From the sequence record SRR31156797_360: a stretch of DNA of 64,000 bases; one strand, given 5' to 3'. Shown piece after piece: positions 1-11,536 of this stretch. Each line of letters begins with the position of its first letter. Within the stretch, counting starts at the first letter, position 1. The notes beneath the pieces were generated by a model. It saw only the letters and a list, made by a program, of their open reading frames with translations. It was not told the origin of the DNA and did no database searches. The position numbers were made by a program, and so were the translations under genes.

Positions 1-24
1 CTGCGTGTTGCTGAGAGGGTTTAG
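1..24 (+). CDS. rsmH: 3' end of 16S rRNA m4C1402 methyltransferase (partial)
   Basis: Reads LRVAERV-stop, matching the RsmH C-terminal (SAK)LRVAE motif; lies directly upstream of ftsL-ftsI. Confidence 0.75.
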   Translation: MRVAERV

Positions 25-44
25 ATCTATATAAGGAGCGAAGG

Positions 45-344
45 ATGAGAGCACACACATTAGCAAACACATCAGCACAGACAGGCAGACTTAAAATGCG
101 TACCCTGTTTTTCGCATCACTGACACTCCTTCTGCTTTTTAGTGTGGTTTATGTGAGACATCTTAGCATCAAGACAGGATATGAGATAAGCAACCTGTCG
201 GACAAGATGGAGAAGATAGATATAAAATACCTGAGCATGCTCGATAAGAAATCAAAAGAGTATGACACAGAAAATCTTTATAAAAAGGCACACGAGCTTG
301 GGCTTACGTTGCCGGATGTTGAAAGGACATTTTATGTCAAATGA
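45..344 (+). CDS. ftsL: Cell division protein FtsL-like (single TM plus coiled coil)
   Basis: SD AAGGAG; one hydrophobic segment, heptad region, 'AHELGLTLP' C-terminal motif; position between rsmH and ftsI. Confidence 0.75.
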   Translation: MRAHTLANTSAQTGRLKMRTLFFASLTLLLLFSVVYVRHLSIKTGYEISNLSDKMEKIDIKYLSMLDKKSKEYDTENLYKKAHELGLTLPDVERTFYVK

Positions 345-2022
345 AAACACCCGCATAAACTTTTTCAGTTTATTAGCTTTCCTTGTGTTGGGCGCTCTGG
401 TTGTCAGGGTCGCCTATCTTCAGTTATTACAGGGAGACTTTTTTACAGAATTTGCGGGTAAGCAGGCGAAGGGAGTTGTGGACAGCACCAGAGGCAGAGG
501 ATATATCCTCGATGTCAACGGCGAAGCTCTCGCTCTTAATAAGAAGTCTGCTTCACTTTACGTTTTCGCTGGTGAGATAAACGACCGTAAAGTATTTGTC
601 CAGAGACTTAAAAAAGCTGGCGTAAAGATGTCTAAGAAGACTATCAGGCGTGTACTTAAAAATGATGGATTTGTATGGCTCGAGAGAAATATGGAGATCG
701 GGCGTGCTGAAAAGATAGAGAAGAGGATTCCGGGTGTTGAGTTTGTTCTCGAAGAGCAGAGGCTCTACCCTGAGCGTAAGCTTGCGGCATCAGTTATCGG
801 GTTTACAGGAACAGATAATAAAGGGCTAGGCGGACTGGAATACAGATACGAAAAGATACTTAAAGGGCATAAGCTTCAGCTGCTCAGCTTAAAAGATAAC
901 AAAGGTAAGCGCATAATCTTCGAAGATACGAGAAAAGAGAAAGAGATAGATACGCAATTATACTTAACAATAGATAAGTACCTACAGGGACTTACTGAGG
1001 AAGTTCTCCGAGAGGATACTGCCAGATTCATGGCGAAGAGGGGAATTGCAGTTGCTATGGATGCATACACTGGGGATATTGTATTCGCAGCGTCCTCCGG
1101 GGGCTTTGACCCGAACGACTTCGGCAATTTTAAAAGAGAAGAGTGGAAAAACTATCCGGCAGGTTTCCTTTATGAGCCGGGGTCAATCTTTAAGCCTGTT
1201 CTGTTTTCACTACTCCTCGACAGGAAGAACCTGAACATCCGTGAGATGGTCAACTGTGAGAATGGTAAGTATAAGCTTTACGATCATGTGATAAAAGATG
1301 TACATCCATATCAAATACTTACAGCGAGACAGGTTCTTATAAAGTCGAGCAATATCGGAACAATGAAGTTGTCTGACAAGGTGACAAAGAGAGAATTCTA
1401 TAACCATCTTTCCAGTAGCGGATTTGGTCAGAAGACTGGCGTTTCCGGTCTTGGGGAAGAGGAAGGGATATTAAGAGATGTTAAAAAGTGGTCAGGGCTA
1501 AGCAAGCCTTCTATATCCATAGGGCAGGAAGTGATGGTTACACCGCTTCAGATGGTGCGCTTCTACTCAGCCATAGCTAATGGCGGCAGACTGATCAAAC
1601 CTAAAATAGTGAGCAAAGTCGAAAACGGCGGTAATACATACAGACCGAAATTCGAACAAAATAGAGTGTTCTCAGAAGAGACAGCGAAAAAATTACAGTC
1701 CTTGTTGAGAGATGTAGTGACACACGGAACAGGGAGTAATGCACGTTCTAACTTCTTGCCTATAGCTGGTAAAACAGGTACAGGGCAGTTGATAGACGCA
1801 AAGACAGGTACATACAGTGAGAAAGAGTATGTGGCAAGTTTCGCAGGGGTTTTTCCTGCGGATAATCCGAGGATAGCTATGGTTGTGCTTTACAACTCGC
1901 CAAAGAAATCAATCTATGGCGGGTCAACTGCGGCTCACACATTTAAAGTGCTGGCGGAGCAGACATCCATGCATCTCGGGCTTAAAAGGAGCTATGTTTA
2001 TGAAAGTCTCCCAGCTTCTTAA
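334..2022 (+). CDS. ftsI: Class B penicillin-binding protein (PBP3)
   Basis: N-terminal TM, RGYILD motif, SxxK (GSIFK), SxN (KSSN), KTG motifs; start moved to ATG 334 after AAAGGA. Confidence 0.93.
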   Translation: MSNENTRINFFSLLAFLVLGALVVRVAYLQLLQGDFFTEFAGKQAKGVVDSTRGRGYILDVNGEALALNKKSASLYVFAGEINDRKVFVQRLKKAGVKMSKKTIRRVLKNDGFVWLERNMEIGRAEKIEKRIPGVEFVLEEQRLYPERKLAASVIGFTGTDNKGLGGLEYRYEKILKGHKLQLLSLKDNKGKRIIFEDTRKEKEIDTQLYLTIDKYLQGLTEEVLREDTARFMAKRGIAVAMDAYTGDIVFAASSGGFDPNDFGNFKREEWKNYPAGFLYEPGSIFKPVLFSLLLDRKNLNIREMVNCENGKYKLYDHVIKDVHPYQILTARQVLIKSSNIGTMKLSDKVTKREFYNHLSSSGFGQKTGVSGLGEEEGILRDVKKWSGLSKPSISIGQEVMVTPLQMVRFYSAIANGGRLIKPKIVSKVENGGNTYRPKFEQNRVFSEETAKKLQSLLRDVVTHGTGSNARSNFLPIAGKTGTGQLIDAKTGTYSEKEYVASFAGVFPADNPRIAMVVLYNSPKKSIYGGSTAAHTFKVLAEQTSMHLGLKRSYVYESLPAS

Positions 2023-3454
2023 CGGACTTTCCATCAAAGGTTTCGATCTTGACGTAGATTTCGAAACTGATGTGAAAGATATCAATATTGACAGCAGGAA
2101 CCTGAAAAAGGATGCGCCATTTTTCGCATTCAAAGGTGCCTCTGTGGATTCACATGCATTTGCAAAAGCTGCCTACAAGAGTGGAAAAGTTCCATTTGTC
2201 GTAGCGGAGAAGCAGATAAAAGATGTGCCAACCGTTATTGTGGAAGATGGCCGTAAGGCTGTGGCAAATGCGTGCAGAAACTTTTTCGGAAGACCTGATG
2301 AAGAGATGGAAAAGATTGGTGTGACAGGAACAAACGGGAAGACTACTGTTTCATACATTATCAACTCCATCATGGAAACGGCAGGCAAAAAGCCTGTACT
2401 CGTCGGCACAACTGGCGTTATGTTTGAAGGCAAATTTATCGACCTCGACTCAACGACACCATCGCCATATGAGTTTTTCGAAGTGCTTAGAAAAGCTAAA
2501 GACGCAGGATGCGACACATTAGTGATGGAAGTTTCATCACACGCTCTGCATCAACATAGATTAAACGGTCTCGTCTTTGATGTTGCCATATTTACAAACC
2601 TATCCGGCGACCACCTCGACTATCATAATACAATGGAGGAATACTACGAGGCGAAGAAACTTCTTTTCACCACAGAGTATTGCAATGTTGGTGTGATAGG
2701 CAAAGACCACGAATACGGCGCTAGACTTATCAAAGAGGCAGAGATAGATAAGGTCTCTTACGGGCTTACTCCTAAGTCCGACGTTACAGCGGAAGAGATA
2801 TGGTTTGACCTTAATGGTCTCAAAGCAAAATTTGTATGTCCGACAGGAACAGTGGAAGTTAAGTCATCACTGGTAGGACTTCATAACCTTGAAAATCTTT
2901 TAGCCGCAACGGCTGGCTGTATCATGCTTGGACTTGATGCTTCTGATATTACAAAAGGTATTGAGCTTCTGCCTAATGTGCCGGGAAGGCTCGAAAAGTT
3001 TGAAAAATCTAACGGCGCATATGTGTTCGTTGATTACGCACATACAGATGATGCTCTTAGAAATGTTATAGAAGCTCTCAGCAGCTTTAAAGAGAATAAA
3101 CTTATTACAGTTTTCGGCTGCGGCGGCGACAGGGACAGAACTAAGCGCCCACGCATGGCAAAAGCGGCAGAAGCTGATTCAGATGTGGTTATCGTAACAA
3201 GCGACAACCCACGCACAGAAGATCCTCAGCAGATTATAAACGACATTCTCGAAGGTTTTGAAAACGCAGAGAGCGTTATCATCTCGCCTGACAGAAGTAT
3301 GGCTATAAAGCAGGCGGTATGTATGGCGGAAGCTGATGACATAGTGCTCATTGCTGGTAAAGGACATGAGGATTATATGATCCTCGGAACAGGGAAGATT
3401 CACTTCGACGACAGAGAAGAGGTGAAGAAACATCTGGAGGTAGGCGGATGCTAG
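2000..3454 (+). CDS. murE: UDP-MurNAc-tripeptide synthetase (meso-DAP type)
   Basis: GVTGTNGKTT P-loop, MEVSSH, DYAH, DNPR (DAP-specificity motif), GKGHE; start at ATG 2000 after AGGAG. Confidence 0.96.
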   Translation: MKVSQLLNGLSIKGFDLDVDFETDVKDINIDSRNLKKDAPFFAFKGASVDSHAFAKAAYKSGKVPFVVAEKQIKDVPTVIVEDGRKAVANACRNFFGRPDEEMEKIGVTGTNGKTTVSYIINSIMETAGKKPVLVGTTGVMFEGKFIDLDSTTPSPYEFFEVLRKAKDAGCDTLVMEVSSHALHQHRLNGLVFDVAIFTNLSGDHLDYHNTMEEYYEAKKLLFTTEYCNVGVIGKDHEYGARLIKEAEIDKVSYGLTPKSDVTAEEIWFDLNGLKAKFVCPTGTVEVKSSLVGLHNLENLLAATAGCIMLGLDASDITKGIELLPNVPGRLEKFEKSNGAYVFVDYAHTDDALRNVIEALSSFKENKLITVFGCGGDRDRTKRPRMAKAAEADSDVVIVTSDNPRTEDPQQIINDILEGFENAESVIISPDRSMAIKQAVCMAEADDIVLIAGKGHEDYMILGTGKIHFDDREEVKKHLEVGGC

Positions 3455-4803
3455 TCACACAGGCAATCAGTGCCATGGGCTGCGTTTTGAAGTCCAATGT
3501 GCAGGAAGATTCGAAAATAAGGAACTTTGTTATCGATAGCAGACAGGCGAGAAAAGGGAGCTGTTTCATTGCCTTTAAGGGTGAAAAGACAGATGGAAAC
3601 CTTTACGCCGGAGCTGTGATGAATAGCGGTGCGTCACTTATTATACTCACAGATGAAGATACATACGAGAGAGTTAACGGTAATAAGGCTCTGGTTAATG
3701 ATCCGCTTCAGGCGATCAAAGACCTAGGCTCGTTTAACCTTAAAAACTATAAAGGTAGAAAGATCGCACTCACCGGCTCAGTAGGGAAAACAACCACTAA
3801 AGAGCTCATTAGTGAGGTTCTAAGGACGAGAAAGCGTGTTTACACTTCATACGGCAACTATAATAACGAGCTTGGCGTAGCTATCTGTGCGGCTAATTTA
3901 AAGCTAGGCACAAGCTATGCAATCTTCGAGATGGGGACTAACTCAGCCGGAGAGATTGAGCAGTTGTCTCATTATATTCAGCCGGATATATGTGTTGTGA
4001 CAGGGGTAGGACATGCTCATATCGGACGTTTTGACGGTATAGAAGGGCTTGCGAAAGAGAAGCTCTCTATAGTGAACGGCATGACTAAAAGAGGGATACT
4101 ATACATAGCTGATTCTTGCAGACGTTTTGTGACTAATGAGGTTACAGAGAAGGCTGACGTGAGATATTTCGGTTCTGATATGGATTCGCAAGTAATACTG
4201 GCTGACGTGAACAGAACGGCGGATGGTGATTTCTATTTCACAGCGGTGACAAGGAACACACCATACTGCTTTAAGCTGAACCATATATACAGCCATTTCG
4301 TAAATAACAGCCTGCCAGCCATCGCAATAGGGATGACAGCAGGACTCTCATACACAGACGTGATGAAAGGTATAAGAAACTTTCAGCCGAAAGCGGGACG
4401 AGGAAGCCTTAAGGACTTTGGCGGAGTTAAGGTCATTGACGACACTTACAACGCTGGTTTCGAATCTGTGCTTTCCGCTATGAAAAACCTCGCAGAGATA
4501 CCTTCAAAGCGTAAAACAGCTTTCATCGGCGAGATGGGAGAGATCGAAGGTTACGAAGAGATGCTCTACTTCAAGCTTATGAAGGAAGCGGCAGAGCTTA
4601 AAGACATCCAGTTTATCTTTGTCGGTAAGGGATTCAGTAAAGCTGAAAAAGTTAAAAATATAAATGTGATTCAGTCCCGTGAAGAGGCTATGGAGATGCT
4701 CGCTGAGATAGAGGGGACTGTCCTCTTTAAAGCGTCACGTGGGCAGAAGTTTGAGGAGTTTGTAAATCACCTCGAAAAGGAGAAAATGAGAAGTGCTGTA
4801 TAA
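3448..4803 (+). CDS. murF: UDP-MurNAc-pentapeptide synthetase
   Basis: [30 protein letters not shown] motifs. Confidence 0.95.
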   Translation: MLVTQAISAMGCVLKSNVQEDSKIRNFVIDSRQARKGSCFIAFKGEKTDGNLYAGAVMNSGASLIILTDEDTYERVNGNKALVNDPLQAIKDLGSFNLKNYKGRKIALTGSVGKTTTKELISEVLRTRKRVYTSYGNYNNELGVAICAANLKLGTSYAIFEMGTNSAGEIEQLSHYIQPDICVVTGVGHAHIGRFDGIEGLAKEKLSIVNGMTKRGILYIADSCRRFVTNEVTEKADVRYFGSDMDSQVILADVNRTADGDFYFTAVTRNTPYCFKLNHIYSHFVNNSLPAIAIGMTAGLSYTDVMKGIRNFQPKAGRGSLKDFGGVKVIDDTYNAGFESVLSAMKNLAEIPSKRKTAFIGEMGEIEGYEEMLYFKLMKEAAELKDIQFIFVGKGFSKAEKVKNINVIQSREEAMEMLAEIEGTVLFKASRGQKFEEFVNHLEKEKMRSAV

Positions 4804-5878
4804 CCTGCTTGTTCCACTGGCGGAACACCTGAGCATACTTAATGTCTTTCGTTATATAACTTTCCGTACAGCGTATGCGGCGGTTACAGCTATGGTTATA
4901 ACTCTCATCGTAGGTCCTTTTGTTATACGTAAGCTTCAGGAGATGTCCTTCAACATGAAGTCGAAAGGTTACGAGCCTGACAGACATAAGGAGAAAGAGG
5001 GCACACCGACAATGGGCGGAATAATCATCGTCGGGGCGGCAGTTTTTTCATCCTTGCTATGGGCAGATCTTACTAATGCATATGTTTGGATTACTCTTTT
5101 TGTATTCGTAGCTTATGGTGTTTTAGGTTTTGTGGATGATTATAAAAAGACAATACTTAAAAACCCTGACGGGATATCAGCTAAGACAAAATTTATGGGA
5201 CAGCTTGTGGTCGCCGTAGCGGCTACAGCTATGGTTATGCAGGTTGATATGGGTGGTAAGTCCACACTGCTTGCTATGCCGTTCCTTAAGCATTTTATAG
5301 TTGATCTTTCATACTTCTATTTTGCATTTGCAGTGTTTGTTATCATCGGTTCATCTAACGCAGTAAACCTTACTGACGGACTGGACGGGCTTGCGATAGC
5401 ACCGACAATCATAGCATTTGGAACACTCGGTCTTTTTGTATATCTTACCGGTCACGTAAAATTTGCAGACTACCTTCAGATTATCTACATCAGAGATGCT
5501 GGTGAGCTGGCGATATTCTGCGGAGCTATGGTTGGAGCCGGGCTTGGCTTTCTCTGGTTTAACGCACACCCTGCATCGGTTTTTATGGGTGACGTTGGCT
5601 CGCTTTCGATCGGCGGAGCTATGGCTACGGTTGCAGTAATAGCAAAGCACGAGATTGTACTTGCAATTGTGGGCGGAGTTTTTGTAATGGAGACTATCTC
5701 TGTGATTATGCAGGTAGGTTACTTTAAGATGTCCGGCGGTAAGAGATTTTTTAAGATGGCGCCTATACATCACCACTTTGAACTTTCAGGCTGGAGCGAG
5801 ACGAAAATTACCGTCCGCTTCTGGATTATATCAATAATATTGGCTCTCGTGGCACTTTCCACGTTGAAGCTGAGATAA
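4793..5878 (+). CDS. mraY: Phospho-MurNAc-pentapeptide translocase
   Basis: [40 protein letters not shown] motifs; multi-TM. Confidence 0.97.
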   Translation: MLYNLLVPLAEHLSILNVFRYITFRTAYAAVTAMVITLIVGPFVIRKLQEMSFNMKSKGYEPDRHKEKEGTPTMGGIIIVGAAVFSSLLWADLTNAYVWITLFVFVAYGVLGFVDDYKKTILKNPDGISAKTKFMGQLVVAVAATAMVMQVDMGGKSTLLAMPFLKHFIVDLSYFYFAFAVFVIIGSSNAVNLTDGLDGLAIAPTIIAFGTLGLFVYLTGHVKFADYLQIIYIRDAGELAIFCGAMVGAGLGFLWFNAHPASVFMGDVGSLSIGGAMATVAVIAKHEIVLAIVGGVFVMETISVIMQVGYFKMSGGKRFFKMAPIHHHFELSGWSETKITVRFWIISIILALVALSTLKLR

Positions 5879-5887
5879 GGAAAAGGG

Positions 5888-7150
5888 ATGGCAACGGCAG
5901 CAGTAATAGGCTACGGCAAAAGCGGTAAAGCCGCAGAGAAATTGCTGAGACTTGATGGGTTTACTGACATCGAAATATTTGATGACGGTAATACCGATAT
6001 GCGCCCTGTTGCTGAGTTTATAGATGAATACGACTGTGTTGTTATCAGCCCTGGGATTGACCAGCGGAAGATGAACGCACCGAAAGAATATACTAGTGAG
6101 ATAGAGCTGGCTTATAAGAGAATCCAAGCTGATTCGGCTGTTGTGGCTGTGACAGGGACAAATGGTAAATCAACAGTGACAACCCTTGTCGCACAGCTTT
6201 TTAAGAAGTGCGGAGTGCAGGCGGTTGCTTGCGGAAATATAGGGCTAACTTTTGCTGAGGCGGTTTCAGGTTTTTCGTTTAACGCATATGTGGTTGAGCT
6301 TTCGAGCTTCCAGACGGGGATGCTGAAAGAATTTTCCGCTGATTGTGTGATAGTAACTAACCTCGCAGAAGACCATATGGACAGATACGAAGATATGGAC
6401 GGCTATGTAGCTGACAAGATGAACCTGCTTAAGTTTATAAAGCCTGACGGCAGACTGATAATAGAAGATGATCAGTATTTGATAAATAAGACAAGCGGTT
6501 ACAAGGGCGAGAAAGTCATAGTGAGCAACTCTCTTAAAGAGGGGAAGCTCGATTTCGGGCACTTTTATGTGAACACAAAAAACTTTCCGCTCAAAGGGAA
6601 ACACAATTTAGTTAATTTAGCTTTTGCACTTCAGGCTGTTGACGGTCTGGTTGGGCTTAAGGGTGACGTAACATACATGGTTGAGGATCTGCGTGGACTC
6701 GAACACAGATGCGAGCACGTGGCTGATATAAATGGTGTTGAATACATCAACGACTCTAAGGGGACAAATGTACACAGCACACTCACAGCGCTTAGCGGCT
6801 TTGATGAGAAGGTTGTGGTTATCCTCGGCGGTAAGGATAAGGGCGGTGATTTTGAAGCTCTTAAAGATGTGATAAACGAAAAATGCGTGTCAGTTATCGC
6901 TTATGGCGATGCAGGCGAAAAGATATGTGCAGTCTTATCAGGTGTGGTAAAAGCCCCTGTTTATAAGGCATCAAACCTTGAAAGTGCAGCTAGAAAGGCT
7001 TTTGAGGTGGCAGTTGCAGGTCAGAAGGTGGTTTTGTCTCCGGCGTGTGCGAGTTTCGATGAGCACAGGAGCTTTGAGCATAGGGGAAGCCACTTTAAAG
7101 AGCTGGTAGAGACTATAAAGGTAGAGGAAGATGAACGAGTTAAGAGATAA
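5888..7150 (+). CDS. murD: UDP-MurNAc-L-Ala:D-Glu ligase
   Basis: VTGTNGKST, ELSSFQ, DHMDRY, NDSKGTN, LSPACASFD motifs. Confidence 0.96.
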   Translation: MATAAVIGYGKSGKAAEKLLRLDGFTDIEIFDDGNTDMRPVAEFIDEYDCVVISPGIDQRKMNAPKEYTSEIELAYKRIQADSAVVAVTGTNGKSTVTTLVAQLFKKCGVQAVACGNIGLTFAEAVSGFSFNAYVVELSSFQTGMLKEFSADCVIVTNLAEDHMDRYEDMDGYVADKMNLLKFIKPDGRLIIEDDQYLINKTSGYKGEKVIVSNSLKEGKLDFGHFYVNTKNFPLKGKHNLVNLAFALQAVDGLVGLKGDVTYMVEDLRGLEHRCEHVADINGVEYINDSKGTNVHSTLTALSGFDEKVVVILGGKDKGGDFEALKDVINEKCVSVIAYGDAGEKICAVLSGVVKAPVYKASNLESAARKAFEVAVAGQKVVLSPACASFDEHRSFEHRGSHFKELVETIKVEEDERVKR

Positions 7151-8228
7151 CAGACTAAAAATCTTATTGATCATCTCCGTGCTTGTGATGGGCGGACTCA
7201 TCTTCATACTGTCAGCGGGCAGTATGCAGGCGATATCGCTGGGCAGGCAGGAGCTTTACTTCTTCCAGAAGCAGATGGTAAGCATCGTTGTGGGCTGTTT
7301 CGCTATGTATACAGCTTATAAGGTTCCGCTTAATACTTGGCGCAAGAATGTTCCTCTGCTCTATTTCCTCACGCTGATACTTCTGGTGGCTGTATTCTTC
7401 TATCGCCCGATAAACGGTGCGCACAGATGGCTTTTACTTCCGGGATTCAGTTTCCAGCCGTCAGAGCTTGCGAAGTTTACGCTGGTTCTTTACCTAGCGC
7501 ACTACCTAGAGAAGAAGGAAGATAAGCTGAAGGATTTCTCAAAAGGTTTCCTCCCCGCTTCGATACTTCTCGGTCTGATCGGTGCTCTGATACTCTCTGA
7601 GCCTGATTTCGGTACTACGTTTCTGATGATAGCGATACTGCTTGCGATGTTCCTTATCGGCGGCGCAAGTATTAAGCATATAGCAGGCATCCTCGGTTTC
7701 ATCTCTCCGATACTCATCGCTGGGATGATGATGGGCTACAGGAAAGCGAGGCTTCTAAGCTTCCTGGACCCGTGGGAGAGCCAGTATTCGACAGGTTATC
7801 AGCTCATTCAGTCGCTGGCGGCTGTGGGCAGTGGAAAGGTTTTAGGTAAAGGTATAGGTAACTCCTCACAGAAACTTCACTTTCTGCCGGAGGCTCATAC
7901 TGACTTTATATATGCAATCATAGCTGAGGAGACAGGCATCCTAGGGGCACTATTTTTTATATTGATGTTTGCGACACTTTTTTATGTCTGCATACAAGTT
8001 GCAAAGATGCATACAGATAAATTTAAGCGTATTTTTACATTCGGTTTGGCGTACTGCATAATAGTTCAGACCTGCCTTCACATAGGTGTTGTGACTGGTG
8101 CACTCCCTACAAAGGGTATAGGTCTTCCTTTTGTGAGCTACGGCGGTTCGAGCATGATAATGTCACTTTTTATGGTGGGTATCCTCATCCGTAGTGCTGA
8201 GGAAGCACAGGAGGGACAGGATGTCTAG
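7131..8228 (+). CDS. ftsW: SEDS peptidoglycan polymerase FtsW
   Basis: FQPSELAK, EPDFGT, GYQLIQS, LPEAHTDF, LPTKGIGLPFVSYGGSS motifs. Confidence 0.96.
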   Translation: MNELRDNRLKILLIISVLVMGGLIFILSAGSMQAISLGRQELYFFQKQMVSIVVGCFAMYTAYKVPLNTWRKNVPLLYFLTLILLVAVFFYRPINGAHRWLLLPGFSFQPSELAKFTLVLYLAHYLEKKEDKLKDFSKGFLPASILLGLIGALILSEPDFGTTFLMIAILLAMFLIGGASIKHIAGILGFISPILIAGMMMGYRKARLLSFLDPWESQYSTGYQLIQSLAAVGSGKVLGKGIGNSSQKLHFLPEAHTDFIYAIIAEETGILGALFFILMFATLFYVCIQVAKMHTDKFKRIFTFGLAYCIIVQTCLHIGVVTGALPTKGIGLPFVSYGGSSMIMSLFMVGILIRSAEEAQEGQDV

Positions 8229-9261
8229 GTTAGTGATAGCAGGCGGCGGAACAGGCGGGCATCTTTATCCGGGTATCGCTGTTGCGGAATATGTAAAGCA
8301 GTTCGGTATTGAGACATTTTTTATAGTTTCAAAGCGTGGTCTTGAACGCAAGGTTTTGACTCAGCTTGGTTATACTTTTTATGAGCAGTCGGAGACACCG
8401 CTTAACGGCGTGTCTGTACTCCGTAAGATTAAATCAGTCTTCCTGCTTATGAAGGAGATCGCCAAGGTTTACAGCATTATAAAGAAGAGCGACAAGGTTC
8501 TTCTCACTGGTGGGTTTGTTTCTGCCGCTGCTGCGCTGGTTAGTGAGATGAAGGGTGTGGAGATGTACCTTCACGAGCAGAACAGCGTGATGGGGCTTAC
8601 TAATAGAAAGTTCGCAGATGGCTGTGAGCAGGTCTTTCTGTCGTTCCCAGATACTAAAAAGGTGAAGGGTAAAGCAACTGTGACAGGAAACCCTGTGAGG
8701 GAGATGTTTAAAACCATCCCGCAGAAAGAAGAGGCTGGGAAGAATGTGCTTATCCTCGGCGGTTCGCAGGGTAGCAGATTTGTAAACAATCAGGTTGCTG
8801 ATGCGGCGGAAAGTTTAATCGAAGCAGGATTTACTATTAAACATCAGGCGGGCGGAAAGCTCCTTGGTGAGACGTTAGATAGATATAAAGAACTTAATAT
8901 AGAATCTGAAAAGCTTGAAGTAACTGACTATATAGACGATGTTGCCGGAGCTTTGGAGTGGGCTGACATAGTTATCGCCCGTTCCGGTTCGGGAACAGTT
9001 TTCGAGGTTATGAGCGCAAAGAGAGTAGCTCTCTACATACCTTTCAAGGCGGCGGCAGATGAGCACCAGCTCTATAATGCAAAATTTGCTGAGGAGAAGG
9101 GTGTGGCAAAAGTTTTAGAAGAGGATGAAGCTAAACCGGAGGCACTCGCCGGAATGGTTAAGAGCATTGACCTTAACTTTGACAACTATAAAAAGGCACT
9201 AGATAAACTCGAAATATACGACAGCGTAAAGCTTATAGCAGGGGGAATGAACATTGGATAA
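8221..9261 (+). CDS. murG: Lipid II GlcNAc transferase
   Basis: GGGTGGHLYP, HEQN, TGNPVR, GGSQG motifs; start ATG 8221 after GGAGG. Confidence 0.96.
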   Translation: MSRLVIAGGGTGGHLYPGIAVAEYVKQFGIETFFIVSKRGLERKVLTQLGYTFYEQSETPLNGVSVLRKIKSVFLLMKEIAKVYSIIKKSDKVLLTGGFVSAAAALVSEMKGVEMYLHEQNSVMGLTNRKFADGCEQVFLSFPDTKKVKGKATVTGNPVREMFKTIPQKEEAGKNVLILGGSQGSRFVNNQVADAAESLIEAGFTIKHQAGGKLLGETLDRYKELNIESEKLEVTDYIDDVAGALEWADIVIARSGSGTVFEVMSAKRVALYIPFKAAADEHQLYNAKFAEEKGVAKVLEEDEAKPEALAGMVKSIDLNFDNYKKALDKLEIYDSVKLIAGGMNIG

Positions 9262-10651
9262 GGCATTTGGAAAAGTAAAGAACATTCACTTCGTAGGGAT
9301 CGGCGGTATAGGCATGAGCGGTATCGCTGAGGTTCTGCATACTATGGGATTTGGCGTGAGTGGTTCCGACCTTTTAGAAGGAGCCAATGTTAAACGTCTG
9401 CAGAATATGGGAATTAATGTGCACGCTGGGCATAGGTATGAGAATGCATCCGGCTCTGATGTGGTTGTTTACTCATCAGCAGTGAAGGAGACTAACCCTG
9501 AGCTTGTTTGCGCCAGAGATAACTTTATACCTGTCATTAAGCGTGGCGAGATGCTCGCTGAGCTTATGAGATTAAAATACTCCATTGCTATCTCAGGCTC
9601 ACACGGTAAGACAACTACTACGTCTATGGTGGCGGAGATTTTAAACAGTGCAAAGCTTGACCCGACTGTTGTTGTGGGCGGTATCCTTAACACAAAAGAT
9701 ACTAACGCTACTCTCGGTTCAGGTAATGTGATAGTTGCTGAGGCTGACGAATCAGATAGATCGTTTCTCCTTATGTCACCGTCAGTTGCGCTGGTTACTA
9801 ATATCGATTTTGAGCACCCTGACACATATAAAGATATCGACGATGTGAAGCAGACATTTGTTGATTTTGTATCGAGAGTCCCTTTTTACGGCTCAGTTGT
9901 ACTCTGCCTTGAGGATGATAACACTGCTGATCTTATCCCGCTTATCGACAGAAGATTCGTAACTTACGGATTTAAGGCGCAGGCGGATGTTCACGCTGTA
10001 AACGTTGAACAGAAAGGCTTTGCTATGCAGTTTGATGTGATCATCGAAGGTAAGAAAGAGGGGAAGATAAAGCTCGGTTTTCCTGGTGAGCATAATGTCC
10101 TTAATGCACTCGGAGCTATCGCTGTTGCGAAGGAATTTAGTATTCCTTTCCGCACTATCAAGCGTGCACTCGAAGGTTTTAAAGGTGTCCAGAGAAGGCT
10201 CACATCAAGATATGCAGATGACAGCTGTATCGTTATGGACGACTACGGTCACCACCCGACTGAGATCAAAACTACTTTGAAGGCTGTACGTGGTGCATAC
10301 AAAGATAAAAAGATACTGGCTATCTTTCAGCCCCACAGGTTTACAAGAACTGCGGCACTTATGAAAGAGTTTGCTACGGCATTTTTTGATGCAGATATGC
10401 TTTTTATAACGGATATCTACGCTGCGAGCGAAGATAAGATTGAGGGTGTGGATTCTGAAGCTCTGGTACGTGAAATTAAGACCAGAGGCTTTAAAAACGT
10501 TAAATATATTCCGGGCTTTGACGGTGTTTTCGAATACCTTAAAGAGCACGGTTGTGACGATACAGTGATGCTTACGCTTGGTGCGGGCAGCATTACAAAA
10601 TTTTCCTTTGAACTTTCGGAGGCTGTGAGGTTAAAGCGCAGTGAAAAGTAA
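9254..10651 (+). CDS. murC: UDP-MurNAc:L-Ala ligase
   Basis: GIGGIGMSG, GSHGKTTTT, EADESD, DDYGHHPTE, FQPHR motifs; TTG start. Confidence 0.96.
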   Translation: MDKAFGKVKNIHFVGIGGIGMSGIAEVLHTMGFGVSGSDLLEGANVKRLQNMGINVHAGHRYENASGSDVVVYSSAVKETNPELVCARDNFIPVIKRGEMLAELMRLKYSIAISGSHGKTTTTSMVAEILNSAKLDPTVVVGGILNTKDTNATLGSGNVIVAEADESDRSFLLMSPSVALVTNIDFEHPDTYKDIDDVKQTFVDFVSRVPFYGSVVLCLEDDNTADLIPLIDRRFVTYGFKAQADVHAVNVEQKGFAMQFDVIIEGKKEGKIKLGFPGEHNVLNALGAIAVAKEFSIPFRTIKRALEGFKGVQRRLTSRYADDSCIVMDDYGHHPTEIKTTLKAVRGAYKDKKILAIFQPHRFTRTAALMKEFATAFFDADMLFITDIYAASEDKIEGVDSEALVREIKTRGFKNVKYIPGFDGVFEYLKEHGCDDTVMLTLGAGSITKFSFELSEAVRLKRSEK

Positions 10652-11528
10652 GAAAGTAGCCGTTTTATTCGGTGGGATGTCATCAGAGAGAGAGGTTTCA
10701 CTCCGCAGCGGGCAGGCCGCATACGATGCACTTGTGCGCCTCGGTTACGATACTGCACTCATAGATATGGACAGAGATGTGGCACGTAAGATTGCTGACA
10801 GTGGAGCAGAGGTCTGCTTCATCGCTCTGCACGGTACATATGGCGAGGACGGACGCATTCAGGGGATGCTTGATATTATGGGGATACCTTATACAGGGGC
10901 TTCATATCAGTCGAACCTGATTGCTTTTGATAAGGTTATCTCGAAAGAGGTTTTTGTTAAAGCTGGTGTTGCGACACCTAAGTATCTGGTTCTTGATGAG
11001 CCGAATGAGACTATCCCTTTTGAGGGCTGTGTTATTAAACCGGCTAGACAGGGCTCAAGTGTTGGTATCCACATTGTTAAAGATTATCAGGAATACCAGT
11101 CAAAGCTCGAAGATGCTTTTAAATACGACAGCAAAGTGCTTGTGGAAGAACAGGTTAAAGGTAAGGAGCTTACAGTCGGTATACTCGGTGACGAGGTGCT
11201 TCCGGCTATATGGATAAAGCCTAAGAAGGGTGTTTACGACTATGAGTCTAAATATACCAAAGGGATGACAGAATACATCTTCGAAACTGAGCTTAACGAA
11301 GAGCAGACAGAAGTTGTAAATGATATGGCTAAAAAAGCTTACGAGGCTCTCGAGTGTTCTGGCTATGGAAGGGTGGATATTATGTTTGACGGGCATGTTC
11401 CATATGTCCTTGAGGTTAATACTCTCCCCGGGATGACAGAGACAAGCTTGTTTCCAAAAGCTTCCGGTAAGGCTGGTTACAGCTTTGATCAGATGGTAGA
11501 GAAAATGCTCAGCGGGGCATTAAAATAA
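10641..11528 (+). CDS. ddl: D-Ala-D-Ala ligase
   Basis: GGMSSEREVS, LHGTYGEDG, GSSVG, YDYESKY omega loop, EVNTLPG. Confidence 0.96.
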   Translation: MKSKKVAVLFGGMSSEREVSLRSGQAAYDALVRLGYDTALIDMDRDVARKIADSGAEVCFIALHGTYGEDGRIQGMLDIMGIPYTGASYQSNLIAFDKVISKEVFVKAGVATPKYLVLDEPNETIPFEGCVIKPARQGSSVGIHIVKDYQEYQSKLEDAFKYDSKVLVEEQVKGKELTVGILGDEVLPAIWIKPKKGVYDYESKYTKGMTEYIFETELNEEQTEVVNDMAKKAYEALECSGYGRVDIMFDGHVPYVLEVNTLPGMTETSLFPKASGKAGYSFDQMVEKMLSGALK

Positions 11529-11536
11529 TAAAGATA